A stretch of 64,000 nt of DNA from Lama guanicoe (lineage: Eukaryota). The notes beneath the pieces were generated by a model. The model saw nothing but the letters and a program-made list of their open reading frames with translations, did no database searches and had not been told where the DNA came from. Every line of letters starts with the position of its first letter. The first letter of the stretch is position 1. This document shows, in pieces, positions 49,960 through 61,315 of this stretch. The position numbers were made by a program, and so were the translations under genes. The stretch is from assembly GCA_013239625.1 (NCBI GenBank), contig MU053873.1, positions 3,052,524-3,116,523 of the forward strand. The letters run 5' to 3'.

Positions 49960-50860
49960 GAAATTTTGTTGGTAAACGTATTGTATATACAAAACAGTGA
50001 GCCTCTCTATACACAGTTAAAAGAAAATAATAGCACGTATGTCTGTGTCCTCCACTTGGCTCATGAAACGGAACATTATGCATAATTTAGCAGCTCCTAC
50101 AAGAAACTACTACCCCAAATTTTGCTTTAATAATTCTCCTTGCTTTTCTTTAGAGTTCTGCCAGCATGTATATGTTCCTAAATAATGATAATGAAGGTGG
50201 TAATAACAAGAGACAAATGTAATAATAGGAGGTCGCATTTACCTCGTGCCTGCTCTGTGCCAGTCTCTCTTCCAAGCACTTGATACATATTACTTCCTTT
50301 AATCTTCACAGGAACTCTTGGAGGTAGGGACCGTTGCTGTCTTTAATATTCTGCAGATGAAGAAACAGGCACAGAGAGGTTAGTTAACTCATTAGGGTCA
50401 CACAGCTAGGAGAAGGGGACACCCATTCAGGAACCTGTTGTTGGCACCAGATTCCCTAATAAACATGCTACTCTGTCTCTCAACAGAGCATTTAGTTTTG
50501 CTGGGTTTTCAAGTTTATATACATGGTCTCATAGGTACGGATTTTTATGGGATTTATTTCTTTGGCTCAAGACGAACTTTCTGAGTTTCACCTACGTTAA
50601 TGCAGGTAGCTCCACTGTACTCATTTCCACAGCTGTGTAGTAGTCCATTGTACCCATTCTGTTGATGGAAACTTGGGTTGTTTCTAGTTTCTTATTTGAT
50701 CTCTCTAGGGATCCTATCATGTAGACTATGATCCTTCTGATTTTATAGATGAGGAAACTGAGGCTCAGAAAAAAGAAGAGGCTTCCCCAGGTCACAGCAG
50801 GCGAAGGCAGAGAAAGGCTTCAAACCCAAAGCCATCTGACTTTCAAGCTCTACCTCTTTC
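49960..50860 (-). mobile_element. Old L1ME-like fragment interleaved with antisense MIRs
   Basis: CCATTCTGTTGATGGAAACTTGGGTTGTTTCTAG; MIR cores at about 50350 and 50745. Confidence 0.65.
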
Positions 50861-50989
50861 TGCTGTTCTGTGCTTAAACTTTGACTGCTGAGCACAGGCT
50901 TTTAACTTGGAATCTGCGAAGCTATTTTTAGCCTTTTTCCCCCTAGGGAATTAGCTCTGAAGTCTCCATTCTCTGGGGGAAGCTACATT

Positions 50990-51560
50990 CATTCTTCCAA
51001 ACACACAACATAAATGGCAAGCCCTTAGTTCAGTTTTGTGGACAGAGAGATGAATCAGGCACACCTGGCCTTGGAATCGCTCCGACTGCAGGGAGAGGAG
51101 ATGGACATTTCTAAGAATAGTTAAAATGCATCCAGGATCTTAGACGGGAAAGGGGTACAAGTGATCTAGAGGCACAAAGGAGAAAGTGAAATTAGGGAAG
51201 GCTTCATGAGGAGGAAACATTTACGTCAGATCTTGAAAACTGAATAGAAGTTATCCTGTTAGATGAGGGAGGGCACTTCCTCCTGGGGAACAGCATGGGT
51301 CAAGACTCTGAGGGAGAAAAGCGATGGCATATTCAGAAAACAAGGAGAAAGTCTGGGGTGGTGTGAGTATCAGCCGTGGGAGAAAAGGGAATCCTGGGAC
51401 AGGAAAGCTTGATGGTGAGCGGTCTTGGATGCCAAGCTAAGGTGTTTGCACGTGGTCCTATGGGCAGTGGAGATGGTCGTCACCAAGGTTTCAAGGCACA
51501 AAGGTGACATGATGGGACCACTGTTTCAGAACAATCTCCTTGTGTCCAGTGTGGAAGCTG
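50990..51560 (-). mobile_element. L2 LINE fragment
   Basis: AGGGAAGGCTTCATGAGGAGG...GATCTTGAAAACTGAATAGAAG. Confidence 0.65.
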
Positions 51561-52871
51561 GACTTGGGGGACAGTCATGAAACTTCCCTTTTGAGAGAAT
51601 GGAAGTCTGGTGTCCGTTCTGGGAAGTGCTGAGGATCTCGAGGGAATTCACAACCCATATTCACACCTTACTCCTTCCTTCATAGTACTGTGTATTTTCC
51701 ATGCAGTTAGCTCTTACTCGGTTAGCTGTATGAACGGCGGGGGTGGGGGGATGACTTAAACCCTCTGTGTTATGGGCTCCTCATTTATAAAACGAGCATA
51801 ATACAATCTAATAATGTGAGGGAATCTTATGACAATTAAAGGAATCCATATACATAAAGAAGTTAGAATGATGCCAGGTGCATAATCTTCAATTCTATCT
51901 CAAGTTTAATGCAATTATCATCACTACTGTCAGCAGCAGCATCACCACGTTTTCAGGGCACCAAACCAGACTTTGAAATACACTTAATGATACTAAATCT
52001 TTTGAACGTCTCTGTGGACTGAGTAGCACAAGCATTTTCCTCCACAGATTAGAGATCTGAGAGGTTGCAAGAATTGCCAATGTCACCAGCATCAGCAACA
52101 GGCTCACAACCTCAAGCCATGTCTTCTTCTGCATTTCCAGCCATGACCTCACCCTTACTCTCAGACCAGGACATTGCCCCATGCCCTCCTTAGGACGTGG
52201 AAGTCCTTGGAAATGGTTAATTATTTGGACTCGACAATAGCTTGGTCAGTACCATGGACAGTGACAGGCATTCTTACAGCACTGAGCACCTTGATTGCAG
52301 AGCAACATTCCCCAACATTCACCCTAGCCTGAATGCCATCAGTCTTGCAATGAATGAAGCAGCATCTTTGTGGGGAGGCTGGGCACTTCCTTACTTTGTA
52401 ATTCTGTAAGTCACTCCCCATCCCCTGCACTCCTACTGTTTATCTTCGGGGCTAATTCTTTGCTCTGATCACAGTGGGAAGCGTATGCCCAGTTCCTGAA
52501 CAGTTAATTAAAGTCAAAACTCATTTTCACAAGAAATAGCAGTGAGACTGAGGCTGCAGACTGTACTGTATCCTTCATTATTCAGAAAACAGGTCTGCAT
52601 GTGAGGGGAGCAGAGGAAGAGATAAGAAGAGAGAGGGGAAAAAAGTAGAAATTACAGAACACACTGGCAAACTCATAGCTTAGGCCACTAGAATTACAAC
52701 TCCAGAAATTTTGTGTTGGAATTTCTGGGCCAAGAAATGAAGACTAAGAATAAGCCCAAAATGCGACAAGGTCAGAGGACCACAGTGAGGTCTGTTGGTG
52801 ACTTAGCCACACCTCTCCTGAACCCAGGGATTTCTCCTTAGATGTGCTTTGCTGTGAAACTAAAGATGATT

Positions 52872-53373
52872 AAACAGCTCATACAGCTAAAAAAAACCAA
52901 ACAACCCAATCAAAAAATGAGCAGAAGACCTAAATAGACATTTCTCTAAAGAAGAGATACAGATGGCTGACAGGCACGTGAAAAGATGCTCAATATTGCT
53001 AACTATTAGAGAAATGCAAATCAAAACTATAGTGAAGTATCACCTCACAACAGTCAGAATGGCCATCCTTAAAAAGTCTACAAATAATAAATGCTGGAGA
53101 GGGGGTGGAGAAAAAGGAACCCTCCTACACTGTTGGTGGGAATGTAAATTGGTACAGCCACTATGGAGAACAGCAGGGAGGTTTCTTAAAAAACTAAAAA
53201 TAGACTTACCATATGATCCAGCAATCCCACTCCTGGGCACATATCCAGAAAAAAAAACCCTCTAAATCAAAAAGATACATGCATCCCAATGTTCATAGCA
53301 GCACTATTCACAACAGCCAAGACACAGAAGCAACTTAAATGTCCACTGACAGATGACTGGATAAAGAAGATGT

Positions 53374-53425
<52 letters not shown>

Positions 53426-53834
53426 GGAATACTACTCAGCCATAAAAAAGAATGAAATAATGCCATTTGCAGAAACATGGATGGACCTAGAGATTATCAT
53501 ATTAAGTAAATTAGATACAGAAAGACAACTATCATATGACATCACTTATATATGGAATCTAAAAAAATGATACAAATGAACTTATTTACAAGCCAGAAAT
53601 AGACTCATGGACATAGAAAACAAACTTACGGTTACCAAAGGAGAAAGGGGTGCAGAGGAGGGATAAATTAGGAGTTTGGGATTAACATATACATACACTG
53701 CTATATATAAAATAGATAAACAACAAGGACCTACTGTACAGCACAGGAAACTACATTCAATATCTTATATTAACCTATAATGGGAAACAGTGTGTTTGTG
53801 TATATGTATTTGTGTGTGTATGTATATACATATG

Positions 53835-53866
<32 letters not shown>

Positions 53867-53980
53867 AATACATATACATATATACACACATATATATCTG
53901 AATCACTTTGCTATACACCAGAAATGAACACAACATTGTAAATCAACTATACTTGAATAAAGAAATTAATTTAAAAAAAG
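52872..53980 (+). mobile_element. 5'-truncated LINE-1 (ORF2 C-terminus and complete 3'UTR), comparatively well preserved
   Basis: ORFs 52963-53265 and 53289-53570 give [57 protein letters not shown]; frameshifted; (TG)n at about 53366-53420; AATAAA and A-tail at about 53956-53979. Confidence 0.95.
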
Positions 53981-55788
53981 GATCACTAACATATGAATGG
54001 TACAAATGGAGTGAATTCTCTTCACTGTAGCTTTTACTAATCCTCAGCATCTGGACTAATTTTGGCCCCCAGGAGCCTGTTGGGCTGTTTCCTGTTGTCT
54101 CATGAAGAAAGAACCTAAGCGGGATGCTGGAGACTTGGGCATGACATCAACCTAATCTGTTACCCAGATGAGTCCCTTCTCCTCTCTCGGCGTCAGCATC
54201 CACACTTGTCAAATGCAGATAATACCTCTGTTGGGTTTCTTTCTTTTCTTTTCTTTTTTGGAGGGCTCTGTGGGTCCAAGCACAAGCACAGACAGAATGA
54301 TGTAGGCACTCTGAACAAGCAAATTAACACAAGGGAGTACCCCCCCGCTGTTTAGCTCTGATCACAACTAATTTAGTAATGATCTGTGCATGTCCTTCTT
54401 TCCTAAATGAAGGTAAGCTCCTTGGGGACAGGAGCTGTATCTCATTCATCTGTGACTCTTTAGCATCCAACACAGTGCCTTGCACAGGGTGGTCCTCACT
54501 CCATGTCTGTGGAACAAGAGACAGGATAGCCTAATAGTTGAGTGTATGAGCTCTGCTGTCAGAAAACCAGAAAATATGTCCTGATTCTGCCACATCTCAG
54601 CACTGTGAACTTGGGCAAGTATGACTCCTCGCGGGGTCACTGGGAATGGTAAATGAGGCCATGAATATAAAGCACTTGGGAAAGTTTCTGGTATCTAGGC
54701 AACAAACCTTAGCTGACGTGTTTATCTGCCATATTCTAAATTTTGCATTGTGGGCCATTAAGAGGTTTCACAAAGGAACCCACAATTGCTTAGTGGGCAC
54801 TCTGCTATTTTTCATGTGACTATTCCAAATTCATATGCCATATGACTGTTTCATCAGCCAGAAGATACCCAGAAATAGCCAGCAAGAGAGTCCAGATGCC
54901 ATAGGAAGGTGGACAGATCAGATCTGCCACTCACCTGCTGAGTGGCCCCATGCTAACTGCTTTCTATCTCCTGGCTTTAGTTTTCCTAAAAGTAAAGAGC
55001 CAGGATCGATTTCTAAGCCCATCCTGCTGTTCTAAGCACCATGAATACTCTCTGTGCCAAAAGGAGGCCATCCTTTCAGAAACCCCTGCAGCCGCTCCCA
55101 GGGAGGAGCAGAACCTAAGAGAACAAGGGATGCTTGCTCTGGACAGAGCTAAGGTGACCCCTCGGGCATTGGTGTTGATGACCCAGCCTGGAGCGGGGCT
55201 TCCTGAAAGACAATTCATAGCAGAAACCAGAGACAGTGCTCCATATTTCATCTGGGGGAAATCTGAGCCTGAGGGCTCTCCCAGATCCCACCCCCCACTT
55301 TCCCCAAGGAGTCGCTTTCCCTGCCAATGCATTTCCTCGAGCTGATCACTCTCTCTAAAAGAAGTCATCAGTGACTGATTCAGCCAGGAGACCATCTGCT
55401 GCTATACTGAAAAGGACATGGACCTACTGTCTTTCAGGAAATGGAATGCTTACTTAGGGAACTGAGCAAAAACACAACAAAGAACAGGAAAACAAAACAA
55501 GGTAAACTTTTCCTTATTCCCTTCAGAAATTAGAGGGAACACACCAATCTTGAGTCTTCAGCAGCTGTGGGAGCTGGGATCTCTTTGAACAGCCTCAGGA
55601 GGGACTGAGAGTGTTCCAGGCAAGACTCAGGTGACTTGAGTCAATGGTGCCTTTGCCAATGACAAGGAGGTGACTTTGGGCAAATACTGTTCACTCCAAG
55701 TTCCTACCTGTCCAGAGCTAATGACTGAAGGAAGCAGAGGGGGAGGCAAGTAGATAATCGCTTTACCACGAGATAAATGCATACGAGG

Positions 55789-55790
<2 letters not shown>

Positions 55791-55825
<35 letters not shown>
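55791..55825. repeat. (TG)n microsatellite
   Basis: Direct read. Confidence 0.95.
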
Positions 55826-55828
<3 letters not shown>

Positions 55829-55834
55829 AAAGGA

Positions 55835-56070
55835 GCATAATCATAACGACCATTTTTTAAGCACTTACATGTGTGACAGATAAAGGATTATTCCACTTAA
55901 CCCTGAAACTATTTTTTTGAGGCAGGTGGTATTAACATTATCCCCATCCTAGGGACAAGGAAACTGAGGCTCAGAGAGGTTAAGTCATTTGCCCAAAGTT
56001 GCACAGCTAAGAAGTGACAAAGCTGGGTTTGGCCCTTATGCTTCTGAGCCCAGGCATTCCCCAGCTCCCA
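55835..56070 (-). mobile_element. MIR SINE
   Basis: AGGAAACTGAGGCTCAGAGAGGTTAAGTCATTTGCCCAAAGTTGCACAGCTAAGAAGTG. Confidence 0.88.
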
Positions 56071-57469
56071 TCCTACCTCTCATAATGGAAGCTGGCCAAG
56101 CAGTTAGATGGTGAGAGAGCACGCCAGATAAACTTGCACGTGCAAAAAAAGTTCGTGAGTAGCAGGGCAGTGGGTCTAGGGGACTGAACACTGTGTACAC
56201 TAGATGGAAGGTAGTGTGTGTGGTGGGGAGAGTCAAGGAGGCAGCTGGTGGCACCTGACGAGGCCAGAGAGAAAGGTGAAACATAAGATCAGACACAGAG
56301 GTCAAAAGAAGCCACTAAAAGTCTCCAGCATCAGAGAGCTCTTGCCAGGCTTCTATTTTGAAAACCTGGCTGTTGTGTTGAGAATGGAGGTTGCCTGCCT
56401 GGTGCTGATAGCCAGGGGACTTGGCCACGAGAGACAGTGAGATGCCCCACAGAGAGTGGCACTCAACTAGCCTCTCCTCCTCCCTCCTTGTCATCTTCTC
56501 TCCATGCCTGACCTGATGGGCTTCTGTTTCATCACTGTGACAACGTCCCACAACGGGTCAGACGCATCAGTTAGGAGGCCAATGTTCTGTGACAGCCCCT
56601 GCTGGAGGCCCACTGACATTTAGCAGAAAGGACCACCTGCTACTCCCTGTCCAACTCCCAGTCATGGTTTGGGGGAGACTCCACCCGAGAAGGACCTGAC
56701 GACAATGTGGAGAAAGACCAGAAGGCTACAATGGATGCCAGCTCCACATTCGTTTCTTTATGCAAATCATGCTCCCTGCTAGACTGGTGGGTGACAGTTG
56801 CTTTGGAGCCTCAGTTTTCCCATCTGTAAGATGAACTGGTTAAAAAGGTCTGTGTTTTCCAAAGTATATTGCAACAAAATGAATTTAGAAGATGCTCCTT
56901 GGGAAAAAGATCCTGTAACCAAGTCATCTGGGGGAAAGCTGCCTGTTACGGCCCCCTTCAGGAGACTCCTGTCACACACTGGTGCATTAAAGGCTCGGAC
57001 AAGTCCTGCAGGAAAGACATTTGCTTAAACCATAGGCCCTTACACTTAATAATGGACTTTTCTCCTGTTACAGTATGTCTGAGCATCATAGTAAACCAGT
57101 ACCCTGAGGCACCCATGTAGGGAAATTCCAGAATAGCTGCTGTCTAATGTCTATGCTCTAACAGTCCCAAGTTTAAGAGCTCCTGAAGGTCAGAGGTAAT
57201 ATCTCACACAGTAGGTGCAGAGGAAGAAGTTCATGACTACCTCACACCTGTGCAGAACCTAAAGATAATCCTTCATCTTCATCTGTCTTGTACCAGGTGC
57301 TACATGGTGCACCTGCTAATTTCTAGAACCACTTATCCATCACTCACGATGTGCCAGATTTTGGGGGCTGTAGATATGACTGTCAGAACTCTAGCAGTTT
57401 CCAGTCTCTGGGGCCAGAAACTAAACACAGTGATAAGAGAGGTCTAGACAGAGGATGGTGGGCCCTGGG

Positions 57470-57915
57470 CATCTCGTTTGCCCTCTATGCTTCACCTGCT
57501 CTGGGTCACGCAGAAGCCGACCCAGAGGGACTGCATCAGTGGACTCCCTCACCTTCTTGCTGCCAGGTTTGTTCTGCCAACGAAAGGCAGCAACAAGATA
57601 CTGGAGAGTAGGAGGAAAGTGAGGCTGGGGGTTTACCCTCTTGGCCCCTCCCTGATACGTCGCTATGAGATGAGGCTGTCAGGGAATCCTATAGTTCTAT
57701 CCTGTGTGAGGTTTATACCTGTTCCTCCCTCTGCAGCTTCAGAACTCAGGGTTGACAGTTCCTCGGTGTTGTTAGCCCAGGTGCTGCCTTATCTCGAGTT
57801 GGTTTCCTGAAAACCCTGCCCATTGTAATGCACACTCCAATGTAAATAGTCCCTTTATTAAAAGCCACCTCGTGTTGTCCAGTTTGAGTGTTTTCAACTG
57901 AGACTGTCACTAATA
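57470..57915 (+). mobile_element. LTR33/LTR41-like ERVL solo LTR
   Basis: GGACTGCATCAGTGGACTCCCTC...GGAGGAAAGTGAGGCTGGGG...TGTAAATAGTCCCTTTATTAAA...CCAGTTTGAGTG. Confidence 0.65.
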
Positions 57916-59419
57916 CACGGGATGAAGATGGAGAGCAGAGTGGTGGGGATACGGTATTGGGGCAGGGAGTGAACCCCTGGGAAAAGAGGGTGATGATCAG
58001 TGAAGGCTTCACAAAATAGTGGACATCTGAATTGGGTTTTGAAGGCTGAATAGGAGCTGTCCAGCTAGATGTTATTTTGAGAATAGACACACCTGAACAA
58101 AAATAAAGGGGTATGGAAAGACCTAGTATTTGAGGGAATAATTAAAAGTTAAAATGATGCTGGCTTTTCTTCAAAATTGTCCTCCCATGTCTCTGAAACT
58201 GATCATCTTAGAAGATATGAGGGCAAGCTGTGAACACAAATTCTTCAGGATTTAGTGACAAAGATGCTGCAAATGAGGTCTGCTCAGAGACTGCAAACAG
58301 CCTGTGGACTAGATCAGCCGCTTGAAGAGTTCTGTTGTACTCACAAAGATCTTCAGGAAAACTTAAGCTAACACTTAAAAATGGAGATACTTTCAAAGAC
58401 TGGCTTCTCTTTAAAAAAAAAAACTGAAGAGACAGTTTGATAGCAACATACCTACATTCTCATCTGTCAGGAACAGTTGGAGCTCGGAGGCTCCCTCTCC
58501 AAGGCTAGGCATAGAGTCTACATTTTGCCATAGTCCCCACCGCTCCCTATTGCACCCTGATCACAACATTGTCACTCTTGTCCACCAAGCTCTATAAAAA
58601 TTATCCACTGAGCTCTATAAGAATAGACTGATAACCCTGGCTGTACAGAGCCTAGCCCCATCTCTAAATCCTCTCCCCTCCCTTCCCCCTCTGCCTGTGC
58701 CTTTGTTAAACAAAGAACCTTTCAACACTCTGATCTGTCTTTCTCCAGGGTCAGTGTCTGGGAGAGGCTGGAGAATGTTTTTGCCTCATTGTCTTTGGAT
58801 AATATGCACATCACCTTGTTTTTGAGTGGCAGAGGTTGGGTTTGATCTGCTTTTTATAATCAGAGCTGGAAGGATTTTAAAAGGCTGCTTCAGAGGAAAG
58901 CTCATTCTCTGATATATGATGCCAGCCCCAGAAGGACTCCGGCAGCATCAAAATCAGTCCCTCATTTATAGATGGGGAAACAGGCAGAGAGAGTGGTAGG
59001 ACTTCACACAGGTTCATGTAGGGAGTAAGGAGCGGGCTGGGGAAGAGAAAGGAACCAGCATTTGGTGGCTTTCTACTGGGTGCTGCAGAGGGGATGCTTG
59101 GTTCCTCTTACGATCAGGTAGGTGATTGTTAATTCCCTTTTACAGATGAAGGGATGAGTGAAGGGAGAAATGGAGTGAGATGTCAGAGGCCACACAGCCA
59201 AAATATGGTAACTGTTCTCAACTTGGGGACCCCAGAGTTGAACGGACACAGGTGCAAATAACAGCTCTGCTACTGAAGAGAGCAGTCAAGTTACCTGCTG
59301 GCTCATCCCAAAGGAGCCACTCCCCTTTTCAGGCTCAGACTGAAGCAGTCCTGGACACTAACGGGTTACTGTGATGGGGTCAGCCTCTCTCCCTGCAGGG
59401 GAGGCTGCTACAGCATGAC

Positions 59420-59600
59420 TTTGGAACCAGGCAAATGCATAGGTTCGCATAACTGCTCTTCTATTTACTAGCTTTGCACCCTTGGCTAAGCCACAGCACC
59501 TCTCTGCACCTTAGTGTCCTAATCTCTAAAATGAGAACATTACCTCCCTCACAGAACGGTTAGGGTTAATGCAATGATATAGCAAAGGGCCTTGTAAATT
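59420..59600 (+). mobile_element. MIR SINE
   Basis: TTTACTAGCTTTGCACCCTTGG...CCTCTCTGCACCTTAGTGTCCTAATCTCTAAAATGAG. Confidence 0.7.
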
Positions 59601-60809
59601 GTGGACCCTGCTTGAAAAGTTTGGTCCTGTTTGAGGGGCTTCTTGAGACTATCCACATATCCAGTGATTCACTAGAAGCATTTGCGGGACTCAGAGTATC
59701 GTCCTAGCCATGGCTACAGCTCATTACAGAGACGCAGTCGGGGTGTGCAGGCAGCTAGTAAGGGGAGGAGGCATAGGCGGGGTCTGGGGGGACCCACAGG
59801 CAGGACCCTCTGCTCTCCCCTTCCCGGGGAGGGTCACACAGGGTGCTCTCTCCCCGCAGGGGCAGACGTGCACCCACACACTTATAATCCTTGTAGTGCC
59901 CAGAGTAGCCTGTTTGAGACTCACAACTTAGGTTGTTGACTGCGGGCTGGTCAGAGATTTCTCTGTCTAGGAACTGCCAAAATTCCAGACTCCCAGAAAG
60001 AGATCGGGTGTTCATCATAAATCACATGGTTTGTAGAAACAATGCAAGCCCAGAAAACAACCTTATCAGTTAGGGAACAGAGGAAGCATTTTGGAAGCCA
60101 AGTTCCCAGATGCCAGCTAAGGACCAGCCTCGCAAGCAGACTAGAGACCACAGCCTCAGGCCGGTTACGCTAACTCTTTTCTGCCAAGACACCCCCACCC
60201 CCACCGCCACCCAGACCTTTCAGAGCACTTACACTCATTCTGTGAATCTTTACGGAGCTTCCGTTAAGTTTCCGGGATGATGAGACTCTGTGTGTCCTGG
60301 GGAACTTTTGTTCTGATCTCAAGGAACTGGCAGTTGAGGTAGGGAGACGCACAAAGGGGAAAAAAACCAAAACCCCCAAAACCATGACAATATAAGCTTG
60401 TGCAGGACACCAGCTGGTTTGGTGACTTGAGCCCCTTCCTTACTTGAGGTAACAGCACAGTCTCTCTTTTTGGAGAACCTTCTCCCTTCTCCCTCACACC
60501 CCTTGCCCTCGCTCTTCTCTGGCAAGGTTTTTTTGGTTTTTGGTCTTTTTTTTTTTTTTTGACTATGGTCAAGACCACTTTCTTTTTCAGAGAACTTTCA
60601 GACTCACACTTTCTTTCCATCTTTATCACATTCCAGAGCGAGGCAGGGCAGGACTTATTTCCAGTTTCCAGATAAGAAGATGAAGATCCCCGAGAGGCAG
60701 GTGGAATGCATCATGACAGAGCTGAACCTCTGGCGAATGACTCCAGGCTCCCGAGCATTTGTCATCGCAGTGAGTGAACCACAGTCTCTCCCTGTGTCCC
60801 CTGGGGTGA

Positions 60810-61060
60810 GCCAATGGGTCTCAAACTCCAATGATATCAGGACCAGCAAACTACAATGAAAGAGTAAACTGGGTCCAGGTGGGTGAGTAGAGGTGAGGGT
60901 GGTGGTGGACCGGTGGCCAAATGAGAGGTGTGACCAGACCTCTGACTTCTCAGGAGAAGGTGGAAGTCTGGATTTTATGTGAAATGCCCTTGTTTTTGAA
61001 GCACTGTGCTGGCCAAACCAAAACATTTTAGCCTGTAGGTCACAAGTCTTCAGTCCCTAT
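60810..61060. mobile_element. MER102-like hAT-Charlie element
   Basis: GGGTCTCAAACTCCAATG...AAGTCTGGATTTTATGTGAAATG...GCACTGTGCTGGCCAAACCAAAACA. Confidence 0.65.
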
Positions 61061-61085
61061 GTTAAATTTCCACCAAGTCCCCAGC

Positions 61086-61245
61086 TAGGATTGCCAGATT
61101 TAATAAATAAAATATAAGATGCCCAGGTCAATTTTAATTTCAGATAAAAAATGAATTCTTTTTTAGTGTAAGTATGTCCCAAATATTGCATGGGATATAC
61201 TTAGGCAAAACATTGTTTTTATCTGAAATTCAAATTTAACTCGGA
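61086..61245. mobile_element. MER53 palindromic hAT MITE
   Basis: TAGGATTGCCAGATTTAATAAATAAAATATAAGATGCCCAG...; inverted arms AATTTCAGATAAAAA / TTTTTATCTGAAATT and inner AAGTATGTCCCA / TGGGATATACTT. Confidence 0.9.
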
Positions 61246-61246
61246 C

Positions 61247-61315
61247 TTGGGTTAGGATTAGTGTTAGGGTGGGGGATTACAGTTAAGATTAGGGTTGGGG
61301 TAGGGTTAAGGTTAG
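61247..61315 (+). repeat. Degenerate (TTAGGG)n-like tract
   Basis: TTGGGTTAGGATTAGTGTTAGGGTGGGGGATTACAGTTAAGATTAGGGTTGGGGTAGGGTTAAGGTTAG; perfect TTAGGG at 61264 and 61289. Confidence 0.7.

Noticed and set aside
52963..53570. ORFs with clear protein homology (also 1531-1968, 7742-7948, 16468-16692)
   Set aside because: They are frameshifted fragments of L1 ORF2 in truncated copies, not host genes
60274..60320. Box C (ATGATGA, 60277) and box D (CTGA, 60313) with a short terminal stem
   Set aside because: Only about 29 nt between the boxes, too short for a C/D snoRNA, and no recognisable guide
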